From assembly GCA_016933055.1 (NCBI GenBank), contig JAFGBS010000034.1, positions 120,001 to 152,000 on the forward strand: 32,000 bases of DNA, given 5' to 3'. Shown one piece after another: positions 17,228 through 27,094 of this stretch. The position numbers and the translations under genes were made by a program. The notes under the pieces were generated by a model that saw nothing but the letters and a program-made list of their open reading frames with translations, did not search any database and was not told the DNA's origin. This DNA is from Promethearchaeota archaeon (GTDB lineage: Archaea; Asgardarchaeota; Lokiarchaeia; Sigyniarchaeales; Promethearchaeaceae). Numbering within the stretch: the stretch's first letter is position 1; each line of letters starts with the position of its first letter.

Positions 17228-19207
17228 TCAATATACCCCTCCTTCTTTCAGAACGGATCGGATGATTACATCTAGTTGTTCTTCCTTGAAATGATTCTGG
17301 GCAATTGCTCCAAACGGGCAGGCAGCTACACATGTTCCGCAACCCTTACATTTAGCAGGGTTTATAACCGAGATCCCGCTTATTTTATCAAACGTTATCG
17401 CTCCAAACGGGCACATCGAGTTGCATGCTTTACATCCGGTGCATATTGCTTCATCAATTACTGCAAAATATGGTTCAATTTCGACCTCTCCCTTAGCCAT
17501 TAATGCCGCTGCCGAGGAAGCAGCTCCTTTCGCTTGAGCAACTGCATCGGGAATATCCTTGGGACCTTGAGACACACCAGCTATAAAAATCCCATCGGTT
17601 AATGTATCAACTGGTCGCAGCTTTGGATGTGCTTCCATAAAAAATCCATCCTCGGTTTTTTGAATACTGAGTAAGGAAGCAATTTTATCCGAGTCATCAC
17701 GTGCTTCTATTCCAACGGATAACACGACCATATCTACCTTAATTTCGACTGGTACTTGGAGTAATGTGTCTTCTCCACGGAGCCAAATACCTTTATCCTT
17801 GGGATCTTCATAGACTTCAGAAAGACGCCCTCGAATAAACATAATTCCGTATTCACGACTAGCTATTTCGTAAAATTCTTCATAACCTTTACCGAATGCA
17901 CGGATATCCATATAAAAGATGTAAATTTTAGCGTCTGGATGTTTTTCCATATATTGCCGTGCTTGTTTCATAGCATACATACAACATACACGAGAGCAAT
18001 ATTTGTGTCCTCTTCCAGGGTGAAAATCACGTGATCCCACACATTGGATAAACGCGATACTATGGGGGGCGGTGAGATCGGAAGGTCTCACAGGTTTTCC
18101 CAAGGTTGGACCATATGATGAAAGAAGTCGCTCCATCTGCATGGAAGTAATTACATTATCATATTTTTCATATCCATATTCCTTCAGTGCAGTGGGATCG
18201 AACGGATCAAATCCGGTAGCGACGATTATGGTACCTATATCCAGTTTCACGAATTTGTCTTTATCGTCATAGCGAATGGCATCGGGTTCACATACAGACG
18301 GATCCGCACAAATCCCACATTTTATGCAATGATCCATATCTATCGTGTAATAACCCGGTACGGCTTGCGGAAATGGTAAATACGCCGCCTTGCGCAAAGA
18401 TAAACCCAAATCGAACTCATTGGGTACGGTTACAGGACATTCTTCTGCACAATTTCCGCAACCTGTACATTTTTCTGTATCAACATATCGAGCTTTTTGG
18501 CGTACGGTAACCTTGAAATTGCCAACATATCCCTCGACATTATCTACTTCGGAGTATGCCATTAACGTTATATTTTCATGCTGATTGACATCAACCATTT
18601 TTGGGGTTAGAATACAAGCGCTACAGTCCATAGTAGGAAAGGTTTTATCCAATTGAGCCATATGACCACCAATTGTGGCAGTCTTCTCGACAAGATAAAC
18701 ATGAAAATTTTGTTCAGCCAGATCCAACGCTGCATTAATTCCCGCTATTCCTCCTCCGATAACCAGTGCGTTAGGAGTAACTTTGACTTTTTGGGGTTGG
18801 AGGGATTCTAACTTGGAAACTTTCGCCACTTGCATACGGATGTGGTCTTTAGCGATACGTGAGGCTCCTTCTTTATCCTTCATGGATATCCAAGAGGAGT
18901 GTTCACGGATGTTAGCTTGACTGAATAGGAATTTATTCATACCGGCACTTTCAATTGCACGGCGAAATGTAGGTTCATGCATACGAGGCGAACATGCTGC
19001 AACAACTACTCGATTAACTAGACCTTCCTTTATATCGTCTTTTATCATAGATTGGCCAGTATCTGAACACATAAACTTGTACTGACGGACCAAATTTACA
19101 TTTGGCAGAGTTTTCGTAAACTCTTCGAGTTCATCCATATCAATTACCCCTGCGATATTTACACCGCAGTGGCATAGATATACGCCGATTTTAAGATCCT
19201 CTTCCAT
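17228..19207 (-). CDS. hdrA: Heterodisulfide reductase subunit A, cysteine form
   Basis: CHCGVNI, AACSPRMHE, GGGIAG, DKTFPTMDCSACIL, QCVGSRD..CSRVCC and four ferredoxin motifs; 659 aa. Confidence 0.97.
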   Translation of the reverse strand: MEEDLKIGVYLCHCGVNIAGVIDMDELEEFTKTLPNVNLVRQYKFMCSDTGQSMIKDDIKEGLVNRVVVAACSPRMHEPTFRRAIESAGMNKFLFSQANIREHSSWISMKDKEGASRIAKDHIRMQVAKVSKLESLQPQKVKVTPNALVIGGGIAGINAALDLAEQNFHVYLVEKTATIGGHMAQLDKTFPTMDCSACILTPKMVDVNQHENITLMAYSEVDNVEGYVGNFKVTVRQKARYVDTEKCTGCGNCAEECPVTVPNEFDLGLSLRKAAYLPFPQAVPGYYTIDMDHCIKCGICADPSVCEPDAIRYDDKDKFVKLDIGTIIVATGFDPFDPTALKEYGYEKYDNVITSMQMERLLSSYGPTLGKPVRPSDLTAPHSIAFIQCVGSRDFHPGRGHKYCSRVCCMYAMKQARQYMEKHPDAKIYIFYMDIRAFGKGYEEFYEIASREYGIMFIRGRLSEVYEDPKDKGIWLRGEDTLLQVPVEIKVDMVVLSVGIEARDDSDKIASLLSIQKTEDGFFMEAHPKLRPVDTLTDGIFIAGVSQGPKDIPDAVAQAKGAASSAAALMAKGEVEIEPYFAVIDEAICTGCKACNSMCPFGAITFDKISGISVINPAKCKGCGTCVAACPFGAIAQNHFKEEQLDVIIRSVLKEGGVY

Positions 19208-19244
19208 TATTTGATACCTTTTTGATGCTTATAATTATTATTGC

Positions 19245-20258
19245 TTAAGATTCGGTTTTCACCGATTGTTTTTGTAATTGTTTATAATCATATCCCAATT
19301 CCTTGAAAATTCGCGATAGAATTGGTTCTTGGTCCACAAATGGGGGTACTCCTTTAAGATTGTGATGTTTTACTAAACCTAAATCATTCGGATGCATTCC
19401 CATTGCAAGCCCCAGTAATTGGGTATAATAGAATACCGGAATTGCAAAAGGTGCGGAAATTTCATCCTTGAATATGCTGTTGACCTCAATTTGTCCAAGA
19501 TCCAATTGTAACATACAGAAGGGACACATCACCACGATGCATTCAGCTCCTGCCTCTCTCATCATTTCTAATTTATGCCGCGTGAAATCTAATGATACTT
19601 CTTTAATAGCGGATCGCACTCCTCCACCCGCTCCACAGCACATATGTTTATCTTTATAGTCTGTGCTTTCACATCCGATTACCTCCACTAATTCATCAAA
19701 AAACCTTGGATCTTCCGTTTCTCCCCCCCACGGTCGTATCGCACTGGGTTTTGTTAAATGGCATCCATAGTGGACTGCACATTTCAATCCACCTAACAAA
19801 CGGGTTACTGAATCGCGGATTTTATCCATTCCAAGATCCATGTATAATACTTCTGCGAGGTGTTTGACTTTTATTGAACCTTTGAATTTTTTATCAATTT
19901 TTACAAGATGGTTGTTGACAAAAGTGCGCTTTTTCTCGTCAGTTTTGAGTTGATGATCTACGTCAATGAGAGTTCCGTAACACCCATTGCACATTGTTAC
20001 AAGATCTGCATTATTCTCTTCAGCGATTGCGATATTTCGAGCTCCGATAGCTAACCATGTGGGAATATCAAACGATCGAAATACTCCGGGAGCTGGGCAA
20101 CAGCTAGCTCCTTGCATATCTTTTAAACGAACGCCGAGTTCATTCAGTACATTGCGAGTTGCCTGCTCTACGAAGGGATAGCGATTTGGAATGACGCAGC
20201 CGAGGTAAAACGAATATTCTGGGGGTGTTATTTCTTCGTGACTCAAATTTTTGTGCAC
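19245..20258 (-). CDS. hdrB: Heterodisulfide reductase subunit B
   Basis: Two CCG domains: SCCPAPG..CNGC and HYGCH..CCGAGGG..CPFC. Confidence 0.96.
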   Translation of the reverse strand: MHKNLSHEEITPPEYSFYLGCVIPNRYPFVEQATRNVLNELGVRLKDMQGASCCPAPGVFRSFDIPTWLAIGARNIAIAEENNADLVTMCNGCYGTLIDVDHQLKTDEKKRTFVNNHLVKIDKKFKGSIKVKHLAEVLYMDLGMDKIRDSVTRLLGGLKCAVHYGCHLTKPSAIRPWGGETEDPRFFDELVEVIGCESTDYKDKHMCCGAGGGVRSAIKEVSLDFTRHKLEMMREAGAECIVVMCPFCMLQLDLGQIEVNSIFKDEISAPFAIPVFYYTQLLGLAMGMHPNDLGLVKHHNLKGVPPFVDQEPILSRIFKELGYDYKQLQKQSVKTES

Positions 20259-20888
20259 CTATTTCTTGATTTTTGATTTTCGACCTTTACGTGTCGCCTT
20301 TTCTTCCTTTTTTTCCGGTTTTTCATCCTTTTTACTGTTAGTATTTACAGGAGGTTTGTATTCCACCAGTTTATCGAACCCCAATGACTTCACTAGGGTT
20401 TGTACCTCTTTTACGGCGGAAGGATATTTATGTACGGTCGGGGGAACAGGATCTAAATCATAACTCTCCCTTAAGTCATTCCATTTTTTATCATTAATTG
20501 GAACACCGTGTCCAGTATCAATTAAAAGATGAGTCAGTGATTTATGAGGAGCTAAAATTCTACCCTTTTGGGTCGCGAGATTTCTTAATTTAATGATGAT
20601 ATCTGTTACTGGTACCTGTCTTGGGCAACGTTCGAAACAAGTGTAGCAAGTGGAACATAACCATATATCAGGGTCATCTAACACCTGATCCAACCCTAGA
20701 AGTGCTTTTCTTATGACTGCACGGGTTCTTAATGCCGTTCTCCGACCGCTTGGACAACTCCCTGTACAAGTTCCACATTGATAACAAGCTCGGATTAATT
20801 CAAGATCGTCTTTCACAATTTCCTCGGATATTTTCGCCGATATCTTATCAATTCGATTTCTCTTTATGTATTCCATCTTTCTAGTCAC
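20259..20888 (-). CDS. hdrC: Heterodisulfide reductase subunit C with a basic C-terminal tail
   Basis: CYQCGTCTGSCP and WLCSTCYTCFERCPR. The start may be ATG 20876. Confidence 0.95.
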   Translation of the reverse strand: MTRKMEYIKRNRIDKISAKISEEIVKDDLELIRACYQCGTCTGSCPSGRRTALRTRAVIRKALLGLDQVLDDPDIWLCSTCYTCFERCPRQVPVTDIIIKLRNLATQKGRILAPHKSLTHLLIDTGHGVPINDKKWNDLRESYDLDPVPPTVHKYPSAVKEVQTLVKSLGFDKLVEYKPPVNTNSKKDEKPEKKEEKATRKGRKSKIKK

Positions 20889-20983
20889 AGATTCGTATTC
20901 GTGTTAGGATAACATTTCTCTCTTATTATTATTTTATGAATTCTATACTCGTAATTTCGTAAGATTTTGAACTATTAGCTTGA

Positions 20984-22705
20984 CTATACTCCTTTATGAA
21001 CAATGGGATTCTCACAATAGACTTCTTGGACAGCATAGTTTCCATAATTAATGGAATATCTTGAATCCCAAACCGCCCGGACATCATCAATTACCGATTC
21101 TAACATATCTTTCTTGATTTTACCTGTTACATCACTATATATAGTATTTCCGAGGAAGACTTTCACAATCTCACCGTTTTTCACAACTATCTCCCCCGAT
21201 TTAATCGTGAATGCCGCATCAGAAAATGCTTTTTCGATTGTTTTTCCATCTTTTTCATTAGGATCAAGTCGATAGACGGCTACATCACCATCAGCCCCAA
21301 TTCCGAGATGCCCCTTTTCTTTCAAACCTAAACATTGTGCAGTTCCCGCTCGGGTGATCCATGCAATTTCTTCGATTGTGTATTCCCGTTCCAAATCCAC
21401 AAGCCCACTTTTAGAAGATGCCATTTCATTGATTTCCCCCAATCTTTTGTTTCGTGTTTTTTTACTCATCAGCCAACTGATTATCGTAGGGTAATAGATA
21501 AATGGGCCCCCATTGGGGTGATCTGTAGTGAGAAATACTTGTTTTGGGTTCTTAATGCCCAACATAATCTCTAAGCCGATAGCCCATTGAATGGAATTCA
21601 CTCCATTTTTGGGATTAAAAATGTATGGAGTTAAACCTGAACCACATTCTCCCTCCACTTGTCCATTTACCCATTTTATGCCAGGTTTGTTTCCCCATGG
21701 AGAAACTCCCCCAATATGGTGTAATGCATATTCCCATGGACCATCCGCCGTCATTGTGGTCGTGTTAGTGAATATCACCTGTCCAGCATCAATGGTAATA
21801 TGGTTATGCTTATTCAAATAGTCGCAAATATCCGCTGCTCCCGATCCAAAATCTTTCCAATCCGTTCCTGAGTATGCATTGAATTGTGCGTGGGTCATAT
21901 GCATTACAGAATCATGATTTTTTCCCGGTTTGACTCCTTTCATGAGATCGTAGGTATCGAGTGTCATCTGGTAATTCCCGGGATGCCCTAAATTGTTCCC
22001 ATGTACGTGAATTGTGTGCGGTAATCCCAGTTCCTCATTTACTTTTGCAAGATTTTCCAGAATTTGGCGGGGAGTTACCTCGAAATATAATACTTTTTCA
22101 TCTAAACTCTCACAATTCTTACCCCACGCCCACGACTCCACCCCCCCTGGATTCACGATCTTAACAGCGTATCCCTTGGTAGCGTTTAGCAACCAAGCTA
22201 CATAGGCTTTTAGCTTATCAAAATCTCCGTTTTTAATATATTCCATCACAAACCAGTTATTTCCAAAAAGAGGAAAAGCTAATTTGTCAATGATGGGACA
22301 ATCGCTAAATTCTTCATGCGTATGTCTGGCTTTGAGTGGTGGCATTGCGGGTTCCGTAACTGTGGTATATCCCATCTTTGCATATCGATAACCTGTTACA
22401 AAAGTTGAGGGAACTGAATATCCACTACCCGAGCGTGTAATTGAGGTTTTTTTTACTGGATCACCTATATGATCTTCGGGACGGAATAGTCTTCCAAGGT
22501 TTACTTTCGCTCCAGAAATGTGTGAGTGAATATCAACCCCCCCAGAGAGCACAATACATCCCTTAGCATCGATTAAATCTGCGTCTGTATCCTTGAATTC
22601 TTCACATATTTTCCCATCAGTAATGAAAATATCTTTTTTCTCGCCAAGTATCTTGTTAATGGGATCGTACACCAGACCATTTTTTATAATAAGTTTCTGT
22701 GCCAT
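20984..22705 (-). CDS. fwdA: Formylmethanofuran dehydrogenase subunit A (amidohydrolase)
   Basis: DIHSHISG, KIVNPGG, HVHGNNLG, HMTHAQF, TTDHPNGG. The start is placed at ATG 22705. Confidence 0.97.
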   Translation of the reverse strand: MAQKLIIKNGLVYDPINKILGEKKDIFITDGKICEEFKDTDADLIDAKGCIVLSGGVDIHSHISGAKVNLGRLFRPEDHIGDPVKKTSITRSGSGYSVPSTFVTGYRYAKMGYTTVTEPAMPPLKARHTHEEFSDCPIIDKLAFPLFGNNWFVMEYIKNGDFDKLKAYVAWLLNATKGYAVKIVNPGGVESWAWGKNCESLDEKVLYFEVTPRQILENLAKVNEELGLPHTIHVHGNNLGHPGNYQMTLDTYDLMKGVKPGKNHDSVMHMTHAQFNAYSGTDWKDFGSGAADICDYLNKHNHITIDAGQVIFTNTTTMTADGPWEYALHHIGGVSPWGNKPGIKWVNGQVEGECGSGLTPYIFNPKNGVNSIQWAIGLEIMLGIKNPKQVFLTTDHPNGGPFIYYPTIISWLMSKKTRNKRLGEINEMASSKSGLVDLEREYTIEEIAWITRAGTAQCLGLKEKGHLGIGADGDVAVYRLDPNEKDGKTIEKAFSDAAFTIKSGEIVVKNGEIVKVFLGNTIYSDVTGKIKKDMLESVIDDVRAVWDSRYSINYGNYAVQEVYCENPIVHKGV

Positions 22706-22890
22706 GAACTTCACAAATGAAAGGAACCTTTTCCAACTAACCGATGAATCGAGTAAGATGAAGGTTATATAGTTGTCAATCAGACCCGGGAATATAAAAT
22801 TTGATTTTATTTCATTCCGAAAAATTGAGAAAAGTGTGTAATTAAATCCCTCTTAAAATGTAGATAAATATTAAATACGAAATATCCCCG

Positions 22891-23289
22891 ATGAGATGCA
22901 TGAACAAAAAATGGAATCTTAGTTTTTGTGGATTAAATTGTGTTGCATGTGAGATCTATTTAGCTTCTCATGGTGATGTTGAATTACATGATGAATTAGT
23001 TAAGTGGTTTCAAGAGAATGTTGATTCAAGCATTACTAGCATAAGTTGCGAACAATGCCGTGGTGAACAAAATAAATGTTGGACTCCCGATTGCTTCTTC
23101 CGGAATTGTGCTACACAAAGAGGACATACCTATTGTTTTGAGTGTGAAGATTTTGTTTGCACCAATCTTGATGCGTTTGCAAAAACTGCTCCTCATCATT
23201 CTCGAACGATTAAAAATATGAGGAAAATGAAGGAAATGGGAGTCAAAGAGTGGATTGCCTCCCAAAATGAAGTGAAATTTTGCCCTTAG
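22891..23289 (+). CDS. DUF3795-type Cys-rich protein
   Basis: FCGLNCVAC..CEQC..C..C..HTYCFECEDFVC pattern. Divergent from fwdA. Confidence 0.8.
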   Translation: MRCMNKKWNLSFCGLNCVACEIYLASHGDVELHDELVKWFQENVDSSITSISCEQCRGEQNKCWTPDCFFRNCATQRGHTYCFECEDFVCTNLDAFAKTAPHHSRTIKNMRKMKEMGVKEWIASQNEVKFCP

Positions 23290-23433
23290 ATACACATAGT
23301 CAAGCTATAAAAGTACCAAGAAAGAACAAATATTAGTGGTAAATCTTGTAGGAGGTTCCTTAGTATAACTGATAATCCAATATCTACTTCAAATACTTCC
23401 CAAAATACGCGATATCATGCAAAAGCATCAAAC

Positions 23434-23838
23434 TTGGGTAGATTATTTCAAATTTTAACGGACGTATTCGGACAAGAGAATTTGGGTGGGCTAAAAAAAA
23501 TTGAGGGTCAGGAAGTATTACTCCTATTTCCTAAAATGAGTAATGCTAGCGTTATCATTAAAATCATTAATTGTCGTATTATTCCTATTGAATATAATAC
23601 TCATACACCCCACCAGACAGTAATCGAATTTTGGGTGGAAGTTGATGAAATCGTACCCCTTCTTAACGACATCATTAGGTCACCTGCGAATCTACGTGGT
23701 ATTATTAAGATTGTCGGAAAATATGTTATTACAAGAAAACTTAAACCCAAAGGTTCTCTTCGAATTATTCTACCCATCTTAAAAGCTCTCATGACCGGTA
23801 ACCATAATATGTACAAGATGGAGAAGATGACTTCATGA
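23434..23838 (+). CDS. Hypothetical protein, possibly SCP2 (sterol-carrier)-like
   Basis: 134 aa ending in RKLKPKGSL, reminiscent of the SCP2 GKLKxxGD motif. An ATGA overlap couples it to the next gene. Confidence 0.45.
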   Translation: MGRLFQILTDVFGQENLGGLKKIEGQEVLLLFPKMSNASVIIKIINCRIIPIEYNTHTPHQTVIEFWVEVDEIVPLLNDIIRSPANLRGIIKIVGKYVITRKLKPKGSLRIILPILKALMTGNHNMYKMEKMTS

Positions 23839-24998
23839 GTGCTACAAACTTCTTGGATTTTTCATCATTATTAAGAAATGCCCATCTAACGGAATGGATC
23901 CAAAATCATAAAAAAGTCATAGGATTTTATTGTTCTTCCATTCCCGAAGAGATAATTCATGCAGCGGGAATGCTTCCTTATCGAATTCGAGCCACAAACA
24001 ATCTTAATTATAATTTAGCAGATAGTCTGTTAAGTCAATTTAATTGTTCATACGTTAAATCTACTCTTAACTTGATCATGGAGGATAAATATAATTTCTT
24101 GAACGGGATTGTGATAGCAAATACTTGTGATCATGTTCGAAGAATGTATGATATCTATAAACATAAACTCAATAAAAACTCTCAGAATCCGATCGCGCTA
24201 TTTTTTTTATCCTTACCGCATTTATTTGACGAAAATGGATGGCTGTGGGTTCGAGAAGAACTAAAACTTTTCCAAGAACAACTTTCCAGAAACCTCAATA
24301 TAGAAATTGATGAAAGAAAGATACAAGAAACCAATCACCTCTACAAACGAAATCAAGAGCTAATTAGAAAAATTATGGAATTTCGGATATTGCCTGAACC
24401 CAAATTGAATGGCGTAGATTTCCTGAAAATCAGTATAGCAAACAGTTCCGTTAGAAAGGAGTATGCAAATGAAAAGTTGGAGCAGTTAATTATGTATTAT
24501 CAACAAGATGAAGGACCCAAAATAGAAAATGTTCGAGCGCGTCTGATGCTACTCGGTTCTTCCATAGATAACCCTGCATTTATACAAATACTGGAACATC
24601 ATGGTGCGATTGTAGTTTCTGATCTTTTATGTACTTCGGAAAGATGGGGGCTGAAAGATCCACTTTGGCACTATGATAACTGGAACAGTGAGGATCCATA
24701 TTATCCCATTATTCAACGAATCTATGGAGACTGTTTTTGTCCCCGGATCATGAATGGGCACTCCTTGAGAATGAACTTGATTAAACAGAGAATTAAAGAA
24801 GCTAAAATAGATGGAATTATTTTGCAAAGATTAGAATTCTGTGATCTCCATGGATGTGAAAATATGTTGATCCAACAGGAAATGGAAGAAATAAATGGTA
24901 CTCCCATATTATCAATTGATCGAGAATACCTTTTAGGGGATACAGGACGTCTTAGAACGAGAGTTGAAGCATTTTTGGAGAGGTTAGAGAGATCTTGA
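23835..24998 (+). CDS. 2-hydroxyacyl-CoA dehydratase / benzoyl-CoA reductase family subunit (HgdB/BcrC-like)
   Basis: PEEIIHAAGMLPYRI, FNCSY, NTCDHVRR, FCDLHG, LRTRVEAFLE. Confidence 0.9.
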   Translation: MSATNFLDFSSLLRNAHLTEWIQNHKKVIGFYCSSIPEEIIHAAGMLPYRIRATNNLNYNLADSLLSQFNCSYVKSTLNLIMEDKYNFLNGIVIANTCDHVRRMYDIYKHKLNKNSQNPIALFFLSLPHLFDENGWLWVREELKLFQEQLSRNLNIEIDERKIQETNHLYKRNQELIRKIMEFRILPEPKLNGVDFLKISIANSSVRKEYANEKLEQLIMYYQQDEGPKIENVRARLMLLGSSIDNPAFIQILEHHGAIVVSDLLCTSERWGLKDPLWHYDNWNSEDPYYPIIQRIYGDCFCPRIMNGHSLRMNLIKQRIKEAKIDGIILQRLEFCDLHGCENMLIQQEMEEINGTPILSIDREYLLGDTGRLRTRVEAFLERLERS

Positions 24999-26278
24999 AA
25001 GCCAATGTGAAACCAGTGGAAATGCTGTATGAAGCAAGTCAGACAACTTTAGGGCTGATTGAAGGCGCGGTGCCTAAACATGAAATGCAAATTCTTAAAT
25101 CATTTTTCAGATGCATGGAAAGTAATTTACGGATTAAATTGGAACAGATCGCTGAAGGAAAACCGATAATTGGACATCATTTCGCGTTTCCTTCAGAAGT
25201 TTTTTCATGTTTTGATGCTGTTCCTATATGTGTAGAAGCAATTTCCTACCTTTTCTCTGCATTGTTTACAACTGGATCGGAAAAATATTATGATCTCGCT
25301 AACTCTTGGGGGCATCCATATCATAGTTGTACATCACAGAAGGGAATGATAGGTATGGCTTTAGAGCACAATTTCATAGATTTTGATGTTATTGCAATCC
25401 CCAGTGCTCCATGCGACAATACTATTGCAAGCTACCAGTTTTTTTCAGAACACCTGAACATACCTACCATCGTTGCTGACATGCCGTATTATCATAATTC
25501 TAGGGGATATGAATATTATAGCAATGAATTAGAATCCATGATCCAAGAATTAAGTACCATTCTGAATCAAGAACCTAATTACGAGAGATTACGTCAATCT
25601 ATTATATATAGTAATCATGCGGTGGAAAACCTCGCGGAAATAAATAATTTACGACGCTCGATTCCTTGCCCAGTGGAAAGTGTCTTCAATCCAATCGGAA
25701 GTGCGGTTCAAAACTTTTTTTCAGGACAAGTTGAGAAGGAAATTTTTTATAACGAGGTGCTAGAGATTGCACGTGAACGAGTACGAACTAAAAAGGCTTG
25801 GAGGGAAACTGATGAAAGGGTAAGGAGTTTCTGGCCATATATGTCGGTTTTCTTTGATATAACTTTCTGTGAATGGCTGGATCGTAAGCTAGGAATGCCA
25901 ATCGTTACTGATATATTCAATTACTTCTTTTTTGGTCCAATCAAGAATATTGAATCTTTAGATACTAAAGGAATGATTGATGGGTTAGCCTATCAGAGTA
26001 TGGAATATCCAATGGTTAGACAATCCGAATCCTTTGCATCAGTATTTTTTGAGGATGCTGTGAACTTAGCTCACCAATTCAGTGCAGATTGTGCGATATT
26101 TACAGCTCATATAGGATGTAAACAATCTGCATCGATGATTCAACTCATGAGAGAAATATTAAAAGAAGAAGTCGGAATTCCGATGTTAACAATTGAAATG
26201 GACATCGGGGATAAACGTATGACCAGTTTAGAGACCATTAAGAAGAAAGTATTGGAATTCACTCAAACTCTACTATAA
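24995..26278 (+). CDS. 2-hydroxyacyl-CoA dehydratase / benzoyl-CoA reductase family subunit (HgdA/BcrB-like)
   Basis: HSCTSQKG, PCD, HIGCKQ, EMDIGDKR. The TTG start overlaps the upstream TGA; the true start may be a downstream ATG. Confidence 0.88.
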   Translation: MKANVKPVEMLYEASQTTLGLIEGAVPKHEMQILKSFFRCMESNLRIKLEQIAEGKPIIGHHFAFPSEVFSCFDAVPICVEAISYLFSALFTTGSEKYYDLANSWGHPYHSCTSQKGMIGMALEHNFIDFDVIAIPSAPCDNTIASYQFFSEHLNIPTIVADMPYYHNSRGYEYYSNELESMIQELSTILNQEPNYERLRQSIIYSNHAVENLAEINNLRRSIPCPVESVFNPIGSAVQNFFSGQVEKEIFYNEVLEIARERVRTKKAWRETDERVRSFWPYMSVFFDITFCEWLDRKLGMPIVTDIFNYFFFGPIKNIESLDTKGMIDGLAYQSMEYPMVRQSESFASVFFEDAVNLAHQFSADCAIFTAHIGCKQSASMIQLMREILKEEVGIPMLTIEMDIGDKRMTSLETIKKKVLEFTQTLL

Positions 26279-26298
26279 GAAGAATAGGACGAAAACCG

Positions 26299-27090
26299 AT
26301 GATATGCGGAATTGATGTTGGCAGTATTTTGATAAAAGCGATAGTTCTAGACGAAAAAAATAGCAATGATATTGTCTTACAAGAAATTGGAAAATCAATC
26401 GGGAATCCCGAAGAATCTGTTACAACCTTGATCAATAATATTCGAAAGAAGCTGAGATTAAAAAAACGGGATCTACAAATCGCATTTACCGGTAGGAACT
26501 GTGAAAACCTCACAATGAATCCCAAAATAGCGGAGTTGAATTGTTTAGCAGAAGGAATTCATACGTCTTCAGATCATAATCGAATCATTGTGGATATCGG
26601 GGGATTTACAAACAAGATTATTAAAATCGATGAAACCGGGCGAATCATGGATTATCTGATGAATAATATCTGCAGTTCTGGGTCAGGTGTGTTTATTTCT
26701 TTAATCTGTAAATCTCTTGGCATCGATATTATGGAGATAGATACCTATGCATTCAAATCTGAACATCCCCATCCTATCAGTAGTCAATGTTCTATTTTTG
26801 CCGAGACAGAAGTAATCTATCTCATGAATGAAGGAAAACAAATTGAGGATATTGTAGCAGGTGCGTGTAAATCAATAACTGGGAGACTGATACCTTTAAT
26901 TCTTAAAATTGGAAGGGAAATTAATCAAGTTCTTATGTTAACAGGAGGATTAGCAAAGTCTGAATTCATTAAACAAGACTTAATGGAGCAGTTGCATATA
27001 GAAGTGAAGAACCCCTCCATCGATCCCATATTTACTTGTGCGTATGGATGTGCCCGTTCATTACAAAATACCAGCAAGGAGGAAATTTAA
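26299..27090 (+). CDS. ASKHA-type CoA-substrate activase, divergent copy
   Basis: GIDVGS, DIGG, NNICSSGSG, CSIFAETE, TGGLAK. Confidence 0.88.
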   Translation: MICGIDVGSILIKAIVLDEKNSNDIVLQEIGKSIGNPEESVTTLINNIRKKLRLKKRDLQIAFTGRNCENLTMNPKIAELNCLAEGIHTSSDHNRIIVDIGGFTNKIIKIDETGRIMDYLMNNICSSGSGVFISLICKSLGIDIMEIDTYAFKSEHPHPISSQCSIFAETEVIYLMNEGKQIEDIVAGACKSITGRLIPLILKIGREINQVLMLTGGLAKSEFIKQDLMEQLHIEVKNPSIDPIFTCAYGCARSLQNTSKEEI

Positions 27091-27094
27091 TAAC

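Noticed and set aside
17228-17230. TGA stop of hdrA(Cys) as a further Sec or an HdrA-MvhD fusion
   Set aside because: Read-through gives only AAT GGC TAA, mvhD is in another frame, and the protein is already full length. The TGA stops at 23836-23838 and 24996-24998 are likewise ordinary start/stop overlaps.
20889-20983. Short TCGTA/TACGA repeats and a 3-codon ORF in the fwdA-hdrC gap
   Set aside because: Too short to distinguish from chance. An internal promoter is possible but not supported by sequence alone.
14968-22705. Interpreting the organism as a methanogen
   Set aside because: No mcr or mtr genes are in the window, and Hdr, Mvh and Fwd are widespread in non-methanogenic archaea, including Asgard lineages.
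20976-23307. Identical 12-mer ATAGTCAAGCTA after the fwdA stop (20987..20976, minus) and the DUF3795 stop (23296..23307, plus)
   Set aside because: Many chance 12-mer matches are expected in 32 kb of AT-rich DNA on two strands, and there is no third copy or structure.
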